This document shows positions 1-9,628 of a stretch of 64,000 nt of DNA, one piece after another. A model generated the notes under the pieces. It was not told where the DNA came from. It ran no database searches and saw nothing but the letters and a program-made list of their open reading frames with translations. Position 1 is the stretch's first letter. Each line of letters begins with the position of its first letter. The position numbers and the translations under genes are program-made. The stretch is from positions 124,001 through 188,000 of IMG/VR virus record IMGVR_UViG_3300034012_003212; one strand, given 5' to 3'.

Positions 1-304
1 TCGGCTTATTGTTCAAAGGAAGCAAATTAAGAGCATAAACAGGGCCTGTGCGAAGACAGGTGATCAAGGAGCGATGGAAAAATGATCCACGGCTCTCGAG
101 AAATTTATCTGTATCGCCAAAAACCGTCTTCATTTCCTTCACATCACGAAGGAAAACTGGTGTGTTAAAGGGTCCCTTTCTTGAGAATCCAACAACCAAT
201 CTGAGAGTGTTTGTGTTGACGACTATTCTCTCACTAGCGTCGAACTCGACGGTGTAGACTCCGCTAGCTTTAAACCTATTTAGATCAAGGGTTACATTTG
301 CCAT
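1..304 (-). CDS. Tail sheath protein (gp18-like), N-terminal part, runs off the window edge
   Basis: Not in the ORF track. Manual translation from ATG at 304 gives MANVTLDLNRFKASGVYTVEFDASERIVVNTNTLRLVVGFSRKGPFNTPVF..., matching the sheath N-terminal GVY.xE.D and G...GP...P motifs. GATATATAG lies upstream. Confidence 0.8.
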   Translation of the reverse strand, partial: MANVTLDLNRFKASGVYTVEFDASERIVVNTNTLRLVVGFSRKGPFNTPVFLRDVKEMKTVFGDTDKFLESRGSFFHRSLITCLRTGPVYALNLLPLNNKP

Positions 305-333
305 TGTTTGAGATTATTTTCTTGCTTTGCTTT

Positions 334-342
334 CTATATATC
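334..342 (-). promoter_or_regulatory. Putative late promoter motif GATATATA(G), representative copy
   Basis: The same motif recurs just upstream of many genes (see findings) and resembles the T4 late promoter TATAAATA. Confidence 0.6.
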
Positions 343-356
343 AAAAAAATCTAAAA

Positions 357-2255
357 TTACATAGGGTATGTCAGACCTTTTGGAATTTCCGGCTTAAAAT
401 TTGTATCAAAGAGATTAAAATTTATATCCAGCATATCCCCGTCCTCATCTTTTGCATCAAGAGTCTGAAATATTTTGCTTTGCATCTTAGTTTTTACTGT
501 TTCGTCTATATTATCATAGAGCTCTTCTACCTGGTACATTAGATCCTCTCCAGCTGGGTCGCCATCTATGTCAAAATCAACGAGATATGGGCACAAACAT
601 ATGCATGTCATTGCTGCATCATCATGGTGATAAACATCTGCATTATAGGACGTTTCGGTCTTCTGGAAGTTTATGAGCTCTTCGCATGTAACACGTTCAT
701 TGACTATAATCCTCTTTGACTGCTCGAGCCTTTTAAATGTCACACAGAATAGGTTTTTGTTGTCCTTTTTTATCCTAACGCCGGGTTTTTTCTTACGAGC
801 ATCTTTTGTATGTTTTGTGTGAACAAAAACATCATCATGTATTTCATCCTGATTTTTTGCATCATTGAGTACCCTCGATATGAAATAATCTCCCTTGAAG
901 TTTATCTCAACAATTGCTTTTGTGTTATCAACATTGGTGTAATTCTTCACAAGTTCAGAGAATATCCTTGCTGCATTCTCAATTGAACATTTATTATCCC
1001 TGAAAATTCCTATCTGTTTTAGGTAGAAAAAGTCACTATCCTGCGTGGGATTTGTTACGGAGTTCATCATGCTAATGTCCATGAGCTTGAGCTCAAATAT
1101 GTTCATCACGGTAGAATCCCTTCCATTTCCATCGGAAAGATCCACAGATATAACGAACTTCTTATCTGAAAAATCAAAATCAAAATCCGGGTCCCAAACT
1201 AGATTGTCATGGTTTATTCCAAGATCGTGGAGTTCTGGTATCTCTCTCCATTCATAATCTATGCAGCTCTTCTTCAATCTTTCTATCTGTTCCTCTGAGA
1301 GAAGCACGCTGCTTCCAACAAAGAAATTCAGACCATATTCACGGTCAAACTTATCCTGCCCTAGGTTGGCTATCTCATTTTTCTTCCAGTTCTCATCCCG
1401 GCCTTCAACCTCCCACCAATCCACACGGAGTGAACGATACTCGTTGGTCCCGTCGACTCCTCCAAAATATATGTCATGGAATAGATTCTTTCCATTAGGA
1501 GTTGATGTTAATATTATCTGAGCGACCTTTGATGATGAAAGCGTCGGATATATGGAGGTATAAAACTCTCCTGCGACGTTATCCGGAATGAACGCAAACT
1601 CATCAGCATACAATAAGTGCACGGTTTTTCCGCGGCCAGAACTCTTTGTTGTCGTCTCGGCATATATTTTACATCCATTATCAAAATAAAGGGTGTTTAC
1701 ATTATTTACCGTTATTCCGGGTTTTAGGAAGTATGGTACTTTATCATATACATCCTTTATCTTTTCCATGATCTCTTTTGCCGTGTTGCCCTTGTTTGCA
1801 AGAATCAACACATTGCGATCAATGTTAAAACATATGTACCAAACTATGTAGATCGACGATGTTACCGTCTTACCGACCTGTCGGCTTGCGAGCAGTGCAA
1901 CATATCGGTTCTTCTGGAATTCTGCAAGCATCCTTTTCTGGTATTCCCTTAGTTGCAGCTTTGCGATTCCAAAGTCCGTCATTGAATGTGCATGTCCATT
2001 TGCAAAATGGGTCACATCATCCATACACATTTTGAACTCAAACAGTTCATCTTCAGTGAGCCTGAATGGAAGATTTGGCGCTTTTTTTCCTATGTCACCA
2101 TCGATGAACGGCTGGTCTCCGGGTAAAATGTCACCTCGGCTGTACTTCTGGAAATAATCATCTATCTTTTCAGACGTCCATGCATTAGAGATTGATACCT
2201 TCCTCTTGCTGTCCTCTGCTTCTGCTATATCTATTTTCTTAAACAGTTTTGACAT
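357..2255 (-). CDS. terL: Terminase large subunit (T4 gp17-like)
   Basis: Walker A ASRQVGKT, Walker B LLYADEFAF, coupling motif TSTPNG, nuclease VDLSDG and HDDAAM motifs. Confidence 0.95.
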   Translation of the reverse strand: MSKLFKKIDIAEAEDSKRKVSISNAWTSEKIDDYFQKYSRGDILPGDQPFIDGDIGKKAPNLPFRLTEDELFEFKMCMDDVTHFANGHAHSMTDFGIAKLQLREYQKRMLAEFQKNRYVALLASRQVGKTVTSSIYIVWYICFNIDRNVLILANKGNTAKEIMEKIKDVYDKVPYFLKPGITVNNVNTLYFDNGCKIYAETTTKSSGRGKTVHLLYADEFAFIPDNVAGEFYTSIYPTLSSSKVAQIILTSTPNGKNLFHDIYFGGVDGTNEYRSLRVDWWEVEGRDENWKKNEIANLGQDKFDREYGLNFFVGSSVLLSEEQIERLKKSCIDYEWREIPELHDLGINHDNLVWDPDFDFDFSDKKFVISVDLSDGNGRDSTVMNIFELKLMDISMMNSVTNPTQDSDFFYLKQIGIFRDNKCSIENAARIFSELVKNYTNVDNTKAIVEINFKGDYFISRVLNDAKNQDEIHDDVFVHTKHTKDARKKKPGVRIKKDNKNLFCVTFKRLEQSKRIIVNERVTCEELINFQKTETSYNADVYHHDDAAMTCICLCPYLVDFDIDGDPAGEDLMYQVEELYDNIDETVKTKMQSKIFQTLDAKDEDGDMLDINFNLFDTNFKPEIPKGLTYPM

Positions 2256-2273
2256 TTAAAACCTCAAATTATT

Positions 2274-2861
2274 CTACATTTCACGCATGCGAAGAAGAAG
2301 ATCTTTCTGGCCGCGACTAACAACATCATTAAGAACCTCTGTTGCACTCATGGAATGACTAGCATCAGGGGTGGCGAGTGCCCTCTCCCCGTCCGTAGTC
2401 CTCTTCATCTCGTACTGATTTTTTATCGCTTTATAGCTATCATTAAGATACACTTGCATGAGGGCTAATTTCTCATTGTAGTCCTTCTTTTTATTCAGGA
2501 GGGCGGTCTGTGTATCTATAAGCCTTGGATTTATATTACCGGTATCTATCTCACATAATACCTTTTTTAAGGAATACATCGAACTCCATATGGAAAAGAG
2601 CATATCCGATAAATTAAGTATGTCCATCTTCCTCTTGTTCTGTATAACATCATTTGTGCGAAGCGATTCATCCATGATCCAAAAATCAACATAACTGTCT
2701 ATGACTTTCTGCGCATGGTCATGCATTTCATCCTGTACTTTATCAAAATCCACATACACTTGTGGTTTCTTCAATGGATTTCCATCTTCTATTGGATTGT
2801 TGCTTTCAGAAAATCCTTTTGCAATATCCTCTAAATTCCTGAGGTCCAAGTCCTTTCTCAT
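2274..2861 (-). CDS. Hypothetical helical protein, possible terminase small subunit
   Basis: 195 aa, coiled-coil character, immediately upstream of terL; positional inference only. Confidence 0.35.
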   Translation of the reverse strand: MRKDLDLRNLEDIAKGFSESNNPIEDGNPLKKPQVYVDFDKVQDEMHDHAQKVIDSYVDFWIMDESLRTNDVIQNKRKMDILNLSDMLFSIWSSMYSLKKVLCEIDTGNINPRLIDTQTALLNKKKDYNEKLALMQVYLNDSYKAIKNQYEMKRTTDGERALATPDASHSMSATEVLNDVVSRGQKDLLLRMREM

Positions 2862-2870
2862 TTATATCTC

Positions 2871-4904
2871 CTAGATAGTCTTTCCAATATACGGTGCCCT
2901 GGACTGTGGAACCGCATTGTCTATTATTATTCCAAGATCTGCATCTTGAACGATTGTTTGATTTAAAAATAGTTGTTGTTGATCTATACCAACGATTGTG
3001 TCCATCAATCGTATGTTCGATAGTTTTATTGGAGCAGCACGAAGAACATAATTGGAATCTGTGTCGATTTCCAAGCTCTTTCCATCTATATTCCTCAATT
3101 CAGTGAATACCTGTCGTATATCTAATGTATTCTGACTTAATTCCTGTGAATAGATCGTGAGTGTTACTTGATTAAATTCGCTGCTCACTGTTGCACATAT
3201 GGCATGGAACCATTCAGGATCTAATGCATACCCTAAATCAAACCATTCATCAACTTCATTGACATTTATACGAAAATACCTGAAGTCTCTTGAACTGATT
3301 TCAAAACTAGTATCGCCTGTTATATAATTACACACATATGATTTTGTGAACTTTGGCCTTGTTGTTGAGAATGTTGTCTCCCACGATGGGTAGAGGTCTT
3401 CTATCCATCCAGTCCAAGATGAAGTGGATGTATCATAGTGTAGTATAGAGTCTGATACGCTTTCACATGTATAGGTCCATGATGCACCCGCCTTTACTAT
3501 AGTGTTCACTAATAAAGGAAGTGAGAAGCCATTCCTGGAAGATCGTATGCTAATCTCATCCCCTTCTTTTACATTCTTGATCGGCTGGTTTAATGTCAAC
3601 GATATCGTACCTGATGGGGTATTTTTTGTTATCGACGTGAAATTTGAATCGTATGATTTTACTTGAAGTTCTGGCACCTGAGGCTTGAACCATGCAGCAA
3701 ATGTTCGATTTGATGCAGCAGGCCATGAACAATTTTGTTCATACTCAACTGCAACGTCATACGCATATCCTGGTTCAGGAAGTATGGAAGAAAGATCATA
3801 CCTAAAATTGGTGAGTACGTTGAAATTGTTCAGTAGATTCTTCTCTTCTATTATCAGATTCGGATTTATCGTAGTCCTTAACACATCGACCCTGATGGTC
3901 TTCTTCTTGAGTTGCTGTTTATTGGTCACTTTCTTTTCCTCACGATCCTGTTCAGAACCAAATTGTGTCTCAGTATTTCTTGTGATCTCAGCCAGCTGTG
4001 CAAGGCCATTTTCTTCCGTAGGAGTTCCAGTAGGAACAATGACGTTTGTGGGTTTTGGGGACCATTTGTATAGTTTGACTTTATAGAACAACTGGAGCTG
4101 CATTATGTTCCTATGCAGGAACGAATCCATGATCTCAAAGATCTTATCCATCATAGGGATGAATATGATGTCGCGCTTCTGGGGTCTTGTGCCTTCTCCG
4201 AATATCTGTTCAAAGTACATTTTATCTATGTGAACTTCAAATGGAAGGTCAGAATAATCTATCCCAAAGGGCGAAAAACTAAAATTAGCATCAGGGAACT
4301 GGTTATTCGGGACAACAACTTTTATGCACTTAGCAGGTTGCACATTCTGAAGGGTGTATTCTCTCATGATGACGTCCGTCCCAAAGGAATCAACCGTCGC
4401 CCTGTAGTAATTAGTCTCTATCCCCCATTGGCGATTGATCATTCGAGAAAGACCCTGTGCCATCTGCTTTAATTCATCTACTGCATATGGGTTATATCCA
4501 TCTGCATTGAGGAACATGGTCCCCTTTATGTTACCTATTCGGTATGGATTATAGACTGGATTAGGCCTTGACACTTCAGGGGTGATAGTGTGTGTGACAC
4601 TCATGGAAACTGAATCTATGACTGCCGGACCGGATGACTCTAGAGTATAACGGAATTTGAACCATATCTCAGATGCTGGAAGATTGACTGCATTTATATT
4701 TTCAGGGACAGATGAGTCGAAATACTCAGAGTACGTCTTATTGTCAAAAGACCATGCGAATTCCTTCTTCACGGAAGCTGAACTAGTAACTATGTCACTA
4801 ATTCCTGTGATGGTCTCCACGTCCTTCAATGGACTGTCAGAAACAAATATAGCGTAATCGCCTTCGTTTTGCAGGGTTGTTGCCATGCATTTATATATCT
4901 CCAT
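2871..4904 (-). CDS. Virion structural protein with central gp14-like neck/head-completion domain
   Basis: RPQKRDIIFIPMMDKIFEI matches the gp14 RPxxGDLIYxP..LFEI motif; long beta-rich extensions on both sides. Confidence 0.6.
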   Translation of the reverse strand: MEIYKCMATTLQNEGDYAIFVSDSPLKDVETITGISDIVTSSASVKKEFAWSFDNKTYSEYFDSSVPENINAVNLPASEIWFKFRYTLESSGPAVIDSVSMSVTHTITPEVSRPNPVYNPYRIGNIKGTMFLNADGYNPYAVDELKQMAQGLSRMINRQWGIETNYYRATVDSFGTDVIMREYTLQNVQPAKCIKVVVPNNQFPDANFSFSPFGIDYSDLPFEVHIDKMYFEQIFGEGTRPQKRDIIFIPMMDKIFEIMDSFLHRNIMQLQLFYKVKLYKWSPKPTNVIVPTGTPTEENGLAQLAEITRNTETQFGSEQDREEKKVTNKQQLKKKTIRVDVLRTTINPNLIIEEKNLLNNFNVLTNFRYDLSSILPEPGYAYDVAVEYEQNCSWPAASNRTFAAWFKPQVPELQVKSYDSNFTSITKNTPSGTISLTLNQPIKNVKEGDEISIRSSRNGFSLPLLVNTIVKAGASWTYTCESVSDSILHYDTSTSSWTGWIEDLYPSWETTFSTTRPKFTKSYVCNYITGDTSFEISSRDFRYFRINVNEVDEWFDLGYALDPEWFHAICATVSSEFNQVTLTIYSQELSQNTLDIRQVFTELRNIDGKSLEIDTDSNYVLRAAPIKLSNIRLMDTIVGIDQQQLFLNQTIVQDADLGIIIDNAVPQSRAPYIGKTI

Positions 4905-4947
4905 AAAAAAATAAGCCCAATGAATTTCTTCAAAGGGCTCATTTTTT
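4905..4947 (-). terminator. Probable intrinsic terminator after endolysin
   Basis: AGCCC...GGGCT stem flanked by A and T tracts. Confidence 0.5.
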
Positions 4948-4962
4948 ACTTTTCTGTTCCTA

Positions 4963-5757
4963 CTAAAGGAGGATTTTTGCGTATTTTGAGAATTTATCTA
5001 TCCTGTCGCTCAATCCTATTTTTCCACCGTTTATCCTTAAAGTAACTTCCGTGATGACGTCTGTACTGGATCCTTCATCACATATTGCCCATATTCCACT
5101 CCTAGTGAAGAAGTATGCGGCAGACACAAGAGGGTATTTGGTTGATACCAGATCAGGATTTGATACAACATCCTCTCCTATGAATTTAGAGAAGTTAGTG
5201 TAATTATTCTTCCCTGTCAACTGGATGTATCCTCTTCCACGAAACTTAAATCCTTCTCTGGATGATTCATCCCCGTTTCCCATACGGTTTGCGTAAACCC
5301 TAGAACCTATTTCTGTGTCCTTAAATGCGTATGATTCACTGAGATTTCCAGGGAAATACTTTGAGAATGTGCGTTTTAATCCAGAAGAAGAATATTTAAG
5401 GTTCTCTGAGACATTCTTAAAATTTGAAGATTCATGGGCGCATTGTGAGAGGAAATGACATGCACGGAGACTCGTGTTCATGCCAAAATTCATCTGAACA
5501 TTTCCAAGCTGAGCATAAACATTGTCTGGAATGAAACCTTTGAGCTTCTCTATGAAACTCGGGTGTTCTTTCTCTATTATTCCCATAGCCGTGAGCGTGT
5601 CGGATCCCGCTATCCCATCTACTTCCAATCCATTCTTCTTTTGCCATTCCTTAAGTTTTGCTTCAGTTCCAGGACCAAAATCCCCATCGGCTTTTATGCC
5701 CAATTTCTCTTGTAGGAGTTTTACAACAGCTCCAGATGAACCATTCTTTAGTACCAT
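4963..5757 (-). CDS. Endolysin: peptidoglycan-binding domain plus GH19 muramidase
   Basis: N-terminal DGDFGPGT/DGIAG PG-binding repeats; HFLSQCAHES, YANRMGNG and RGRGYIQLTGKNNY GH19 motifs. Confidence 0.92.
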   Translation of the reverse strand: MVLKNGSSGAVVKLLQEKLGIKADGDFGPGTEAKLKEWQKKNGLEVDGIAGSDTLTAMGIIEKEHPSFIEKLKGFIPDNVYAQLGNVQMNFGMNTSLRACHFLSQCAHESSNFKNVSENLKYSSSGLKRTFSKYFPGNLSESYAFKDTEIGSRVYANRMGNGDESSREGFKFRGRGYIQLTGKNNYTNFSKFIGEDVVSNPDLVSTKYPLVSAAYFFTRSGIWAICDEGSSTDVITEVTLRINGGKIGLSDRIDKFSKYAKILL

Positions 5758-5770
5758 GACAATTATTTTT

Positions 5771-6097
5771 TTAGACTATTTCTTGTAATTTTTCCCCGTC
5801 GGTTGGATTCACATTGTTCATCTCAAGATTGAAACTCTTCTTCTCTTTCTGTATCTGTGTTATCATATAGCCTGCTGCGGCGAGTTCCATTCCTGCCCAT
5901 ATACCAAAATCGGATGTTCCCATCACATTGATTTTTGTAATGAGCCAAAATATCATCCCCCATTGGCTTATGACGAATGCTATACCAGACTCTATCCTCT
6001 TTTTAGAAAAGAATGATGGCCTGTCACTGTATATGTTGAGTATCTCATTGAAAAGCCATCGGATGCTTGAGAAAATACCCTTAAAGAAATTTTTCAT
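5771..6097 (-). CDS. Putative holin
   Basis: Small protein with two hydrophobic segments directly upstream of the endolysin; start moved to MKNFF (6097), downstream of GATATATAG at 6114-6122. Confidence 0.5.
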   Translation of the reverse strand: MKNFFKGIFSSIRWLFNEILNIYSDRPSFFSKKRIESGIAFVISQWGMIFWLITKINVMGTSDFGIWAGMELAAAGYMITQIQKEKKSFNLEMNNVNPTDGEKLQEIV

Positions 6098-6137
6098 GAC
6101 CGTCTTTTTTTGACTATATATCAAAAAAATGATGATA

Positions 6138-6542
6138 TTAGTCTTTTTTGATCATGGCTTCTATTTCCTTGAGCTCCTTTAGAAGTTCTTCCTGGTACAA
6201 TTCTTGCATGGATTCCATGTCCTTTGTTGATAATTTATTGAGCGTCATAAACTTATCAATCGCCTCCTTTGAGACTTTCTTCTTCTCCTTCTCATGCTTC
6301 TTGGTCTTTGTGTACATCCACACAGGAACTTTTGTGTAGAGCCGTGACATGGCATCTTTCCACACATCGACAACAATCCTGGGGTCAATGTTACGATTAT
6401 TCAAAACATTGGCATGCACCGGGAACTTTATACTCATGAACCTGTTCACCATGAATGAGTTCCTTGATTTATCCATATTGGAAACTTCATTCCAATTCGA
6501 ACCGCGATCGAATAGTCTTTTTGTGAGATCAAACAGCTCCAT
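6138..6542 (-). CDS. Clamp loader small subunit (gp62-like)
   Basis: SFMVNRFMS motif, size, and a gp44-like gene nearby. Confidence 0.6.
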   Translation of the reverse strand: MELFDLTKRLFDRGSNWNEVSNMDKSRNSFMVNRFMSIKFPVHANVLNNRNIDPRIVVDVWKDAMSRLYTKVPVWMYTKTKKHEKEKKKVSKEAIDKFMTLNKLSTKDMESMQELYQEELLKELKEIEAMIKKD

Positions 6543-8241
6543 GTTTAGTCCTCTTTATTATTATACGTTTTAGATATGATTCTGGTAGGTACCTTGCGCT
6601 CGCCAGTTGATCAAAACACTCATCGAGTATGTATGTAATGGCCCAATCGTCATAGTTCCTTATACTCCTTCCTATGCCTTGTATGACGCTGTTAGCCGTA
6701 CGCGACATGTACTTCTCGGGATATAATTCCAGGAGCTTCTTGATAAACTCATCTGATATGTTAGGAAACGGAACTTTAAAGAACACCTGGAACCTTGAGA
6801 GGTCGTCGTCAAAGCTCAGACCTTCTAATAATGATGGTCCAATGAGTATACTCGACTTCTTGCTCTTAAAAAGATCTATGGCAAATGATTTTTCTTTTGA
6901 CGAGTCATATGTGATCATCCTATGGCTCTGTGAACTTCCTTGTATTATCTGTTTTGCCATCGAAAAACTACCTGTATGTATTATACCACGATCCTCCGAG
7001 TGTTTATCGATGATTGCATCACAAATCTTCAAAACCTTCGGGAAGTTCTCTTCCCGTTTTCCATAGTTCATCTTGAAGCCTCGTACGTAGAATATCGGGC
7101 TCTTTGAATGATCGAACTGGTTATCTATCGAAATGTATTCGTAGTCGTCGAGGCCTATGAACTTTGCAAAATTTTCAGGATTCCCCAGAGTCGCACTCAT
7201 GAACACGCGGAATTTTGAATTATCGATGAGTGTCTTTCGTATGAGCCCAGTTTCTTCTAGATTCTTAAAAGATGCAGATGTGTCATCTCCTGGCTCAATT
7301 ATCCGAACAAGGTTTTGTTCATCTGTGATGAATTTCACATAATCTTCTATCTTGCAGTGAACATCGCTTATTCGGTCTATCTGCCATTGCGCCTTTGATA
7401 TGTGCCCAGGAACAGGGGTACCGAATGGCCATTTATTAGAACAATGATATTTAAACTTTTCTTTTGTTGAGCTCAGCATGTTTTTTAACACACCATCAAG
7501 AGAACTGAGTGATTTTAGTATGTCCCCGTTCAGCTGGGTCTTCATACATGTTTCTATGAGCTTCCTTGAATCGCCCGAAAAGTCCTCAGTAGAATACAGC
7601 TCTTCCGAGAATGTGGTGAGAAAATCTCTGATCATGTCGGCGAACTTATATCCAATCCTCGGCGTGTAATGGGATTGTACTATAGACTCGATCTTATGAG
7701 CCTCATCAAAAAAACAAAAATCTCGAATGCCAAAATCTGTGTTGGTTTGTAGGTAGTTGAGCTGCAGGAGCCAATAACTGTAATTCAAGAGCGCCGTATT
7801 GGATGTGGCTGCGATTTCCTTCTTACTGTAATATGAGCAATCACCATAACAACTAAGAAACCTAGGGTTCTTTGCCTTCATCTTACACTCCCCGAGGGAA
7901 ATCTGCATCCCGTTGATTTCGCAATTGTAATTATCCATTCCACGTACGCTCGGGATTCTAAGACCTAGCCTCTCGATATCACGCTCATACTGATCCTGGA
8001 GTCCAAGGTCAGATGTTAGGATGTAGCCGGTCTTTCCCATCTTATTGAACAGGAGACTACCGATGAGGGACAATATGCTTTTTCCTGTTCCAGTGGGTGC
8101 ATCTATAAGGAATGATGCGCTTGGATTCCTGTCCATCCTTTCGGCCAGGCGCATTATCGTTTCTTCCTGGAATGGTCTGAATCTGAACCCCTTATCACGG
8201 AGTTCAGATATCGCGGCATGCAGCTGTGTTTCTATATTCAC
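6529..8241 (-). CDS. DinG/Rad3-family SF2 helicase
   Basis: APTGTGKS, DEAH, MSAT, EGLSF and QGIGRSIR motifs; Cys cluster consistent with an Fe-S domain. Confidence 0.9.
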   Translation of the reverse strand: MNIETQLHAAISELRDKGFRFRPFQEETIMRLAERMDRNPSASFLIDAPTGTGKSILSLIGSLLFNKMGKTGYILTSDLGLQDQYERDIERLGLRIPSVRGMDNYNCEINGMQISLGECKMKAKNPRFLSCYGDCSYYSKKEIAATSNTALLNYSYWLLQLNYLQTNTDFGIRDFCFFDEAHKIESIVQSHYTPRIGYKFADMIRDFLTTFSEELYSTEDFSGDSRKLIETCMKTQLNGDILKSLSSLDGVLKNMLSSTKEKFKYHCSNKWPFGTPVPGHISKAQWQIDRISDVHCKIEDYVKFITDEQNLVRIIEPGDDTSASFKNLEETGLIRKTLIDNSKFRVFMSATLGNPENFAKFIGLDDYEYISIDNQFDHSKSPIFYVRGFKMNYGKREENFPKVLKICDAIIDKHSEDRGIIHTGSFSMAKQIIQGSSQSHRMITYDSSKEKSFAIDLFKSKKSSILIGPSLLEGLSFDDDLSRFQVFFKVPFPNISDEFIKKLLELYPEKYMSRTANSVIQGIGRSIRNYDDWAITYILDECFDQLASARYLPESYLKRIIIKRTKHGAV

Positions 8242-9350
8242 GATAATAGGGAGAATATGTCAGATTGGATGTTGATCTTTTGCTTCTGGTTTATCTTCAA
8301 TTCAGGTCTCAGTGATTCAATACGTCTTTCTGTGATATCGATGTGCCCAGGGGAAAGAAGGTTCACATCTACCGAAAGATCACTTGGAATCATATGTTCA
8401 CTGAGCCAGATTATCTTTGAATTTTCCCTAAAATTATTAATCGCATCTGACACAGGAAAATCAAGTGACCCTGAATTTTGGATGAGCCTTTCGCAGAACA
8501 CACGGAGTTCATTTTCATCTTCAAGGAGGTCGGACACTAAAGGAAATGCTTTTGAACTCACACCAGCCTTTTCAATCATCCGTTCTGTCAGCGAAAATGT
8601 CCTATCTCCGGATGCAGACTTCCACTGGATTATGGACTGTATGTTATCTGATTTATCCCCGGTCAGGATCTTTAGCATGAGTTCCCATTCAGGATCGATA
8701 TGCTCTATCACATATTTCGCAGCAATTGAAATTAGTTGGTCGTAACCGTTTGTTCCCCTGCGATCGAATAGATCATCGATCTCATCCCTATCAGACTCAT
8801 TCATTGGACTGAAATCCTGGAATGAAAATGTCTTGGATTTTGATAGAGGATTGAACATACACACAACGCTGTCTTCTGATTTAGTGCTAACAAGCTGCTT
8901 GAGGTCGTTATCTCCGCTGACTATGACAACCGAATCCCCCTGGTCTCTAAATATCTTCGACCACATGAAGACTAAATCGTCTGCTTCTGCTCCATCTACC
9001 TTTGATGCTGTGATTCCACACTCGGTTAGTGTATTCCTAATGCTATCACAGACTTTGCGGTACGATTCCCAATCGATGTTATCGTCTTCAGGTTTTTTTC
9101 TCTTGGCTTTATAGCTGGCCCCTATGAGTGTTTTCCTCCATGATTTGGAATCAATGCACCAGACGCAATTGACTAATGCGCTCTTGGGAAACATGTTCAC
9201 AACCTGGCGAACATCGTCTATTGTCTTCTTCTCGAATGCCAATTGGTCTTCTTCCTTGGAAAGGAAACCCGAACCCCTGTGCTCTCGTAATAGCAGATAC
9301 AGATTTCTGATCAACATGAAATTAGCATCGAATAGTATGTTAAGTCTCAT
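8238..9350 (-). CDS. rnh: T4 RNase H-like 5'-3' exonuclease/flap nuclease
   Basis: ILFDAN, SWRK..YKAKR, EADD, SGDNDL and GDKSDNI motifs. Confidence 0.88.
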   Translation of the reverse strand: MRLNILFDANFMLIRNLYLLLREHRGSGFLSKEEDQLAFEKKTIDDVRQVVNMFPKSALVNCVWCIDSKSWRKTLIGASYKAKRKKPEDDNIDWESYRKVCDSIRNTLTECGITASKVDGAEADDLVFMWSKIFRDQGDSVVIVSGDNDLKQLVSTKSEDSVVCMFNPLSKSKTFSFQDFSPMNESDRDEIDDLFDRRGTNGYDQLISIAAKYVIEHIDPEWELMLKILTGDKSDNIQSIIQWKSASGDRTFSLTERMIEKAGVSSKAFPLVSDLLEDENELRVFCERLIQNSGSLDFPVSDAINNFRENSKIIWLSEHMIPSDLSVDVNLLSPGHIDITERRIESLRPELKINQKQKINIQSDIFSLLS

Positions 9351-9360
9351 TTTTGGTGTT

Positions 9361-9620
9361 TAAGAAAATTTAACAAAAATTAACAAAAAAATTTTAGAAT
9401 TCCGTTAACAAATCCCCCGGGCGAGATTATAATAGGGTAATGGCCCTGTCTGGGGTTTTAGCATTCATATATACTTATATACTTAAGTACCTAAGGGCCC
9501 CTGAGGGCACTCCTGAGGCACCCTGAATAACATCACAAGGGCCCCTGATAAAACACTACAAAGAGAACACAAGGGTAGAGCCCAGCGAGCTTTTGCAGAA
9601 ATTAAAAACTTCACTAAATA
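9361..9620. repeat. Non-coding region with short direct repeats (origin or ncRNA candidate)
   Basis: TAACAAA x3, ATATACTTA x2, AAGGGCCCCTGA x2, CCTGA x4. Confidence 0.4.
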
Positions 9621-9628
9621 TGAGCTGT

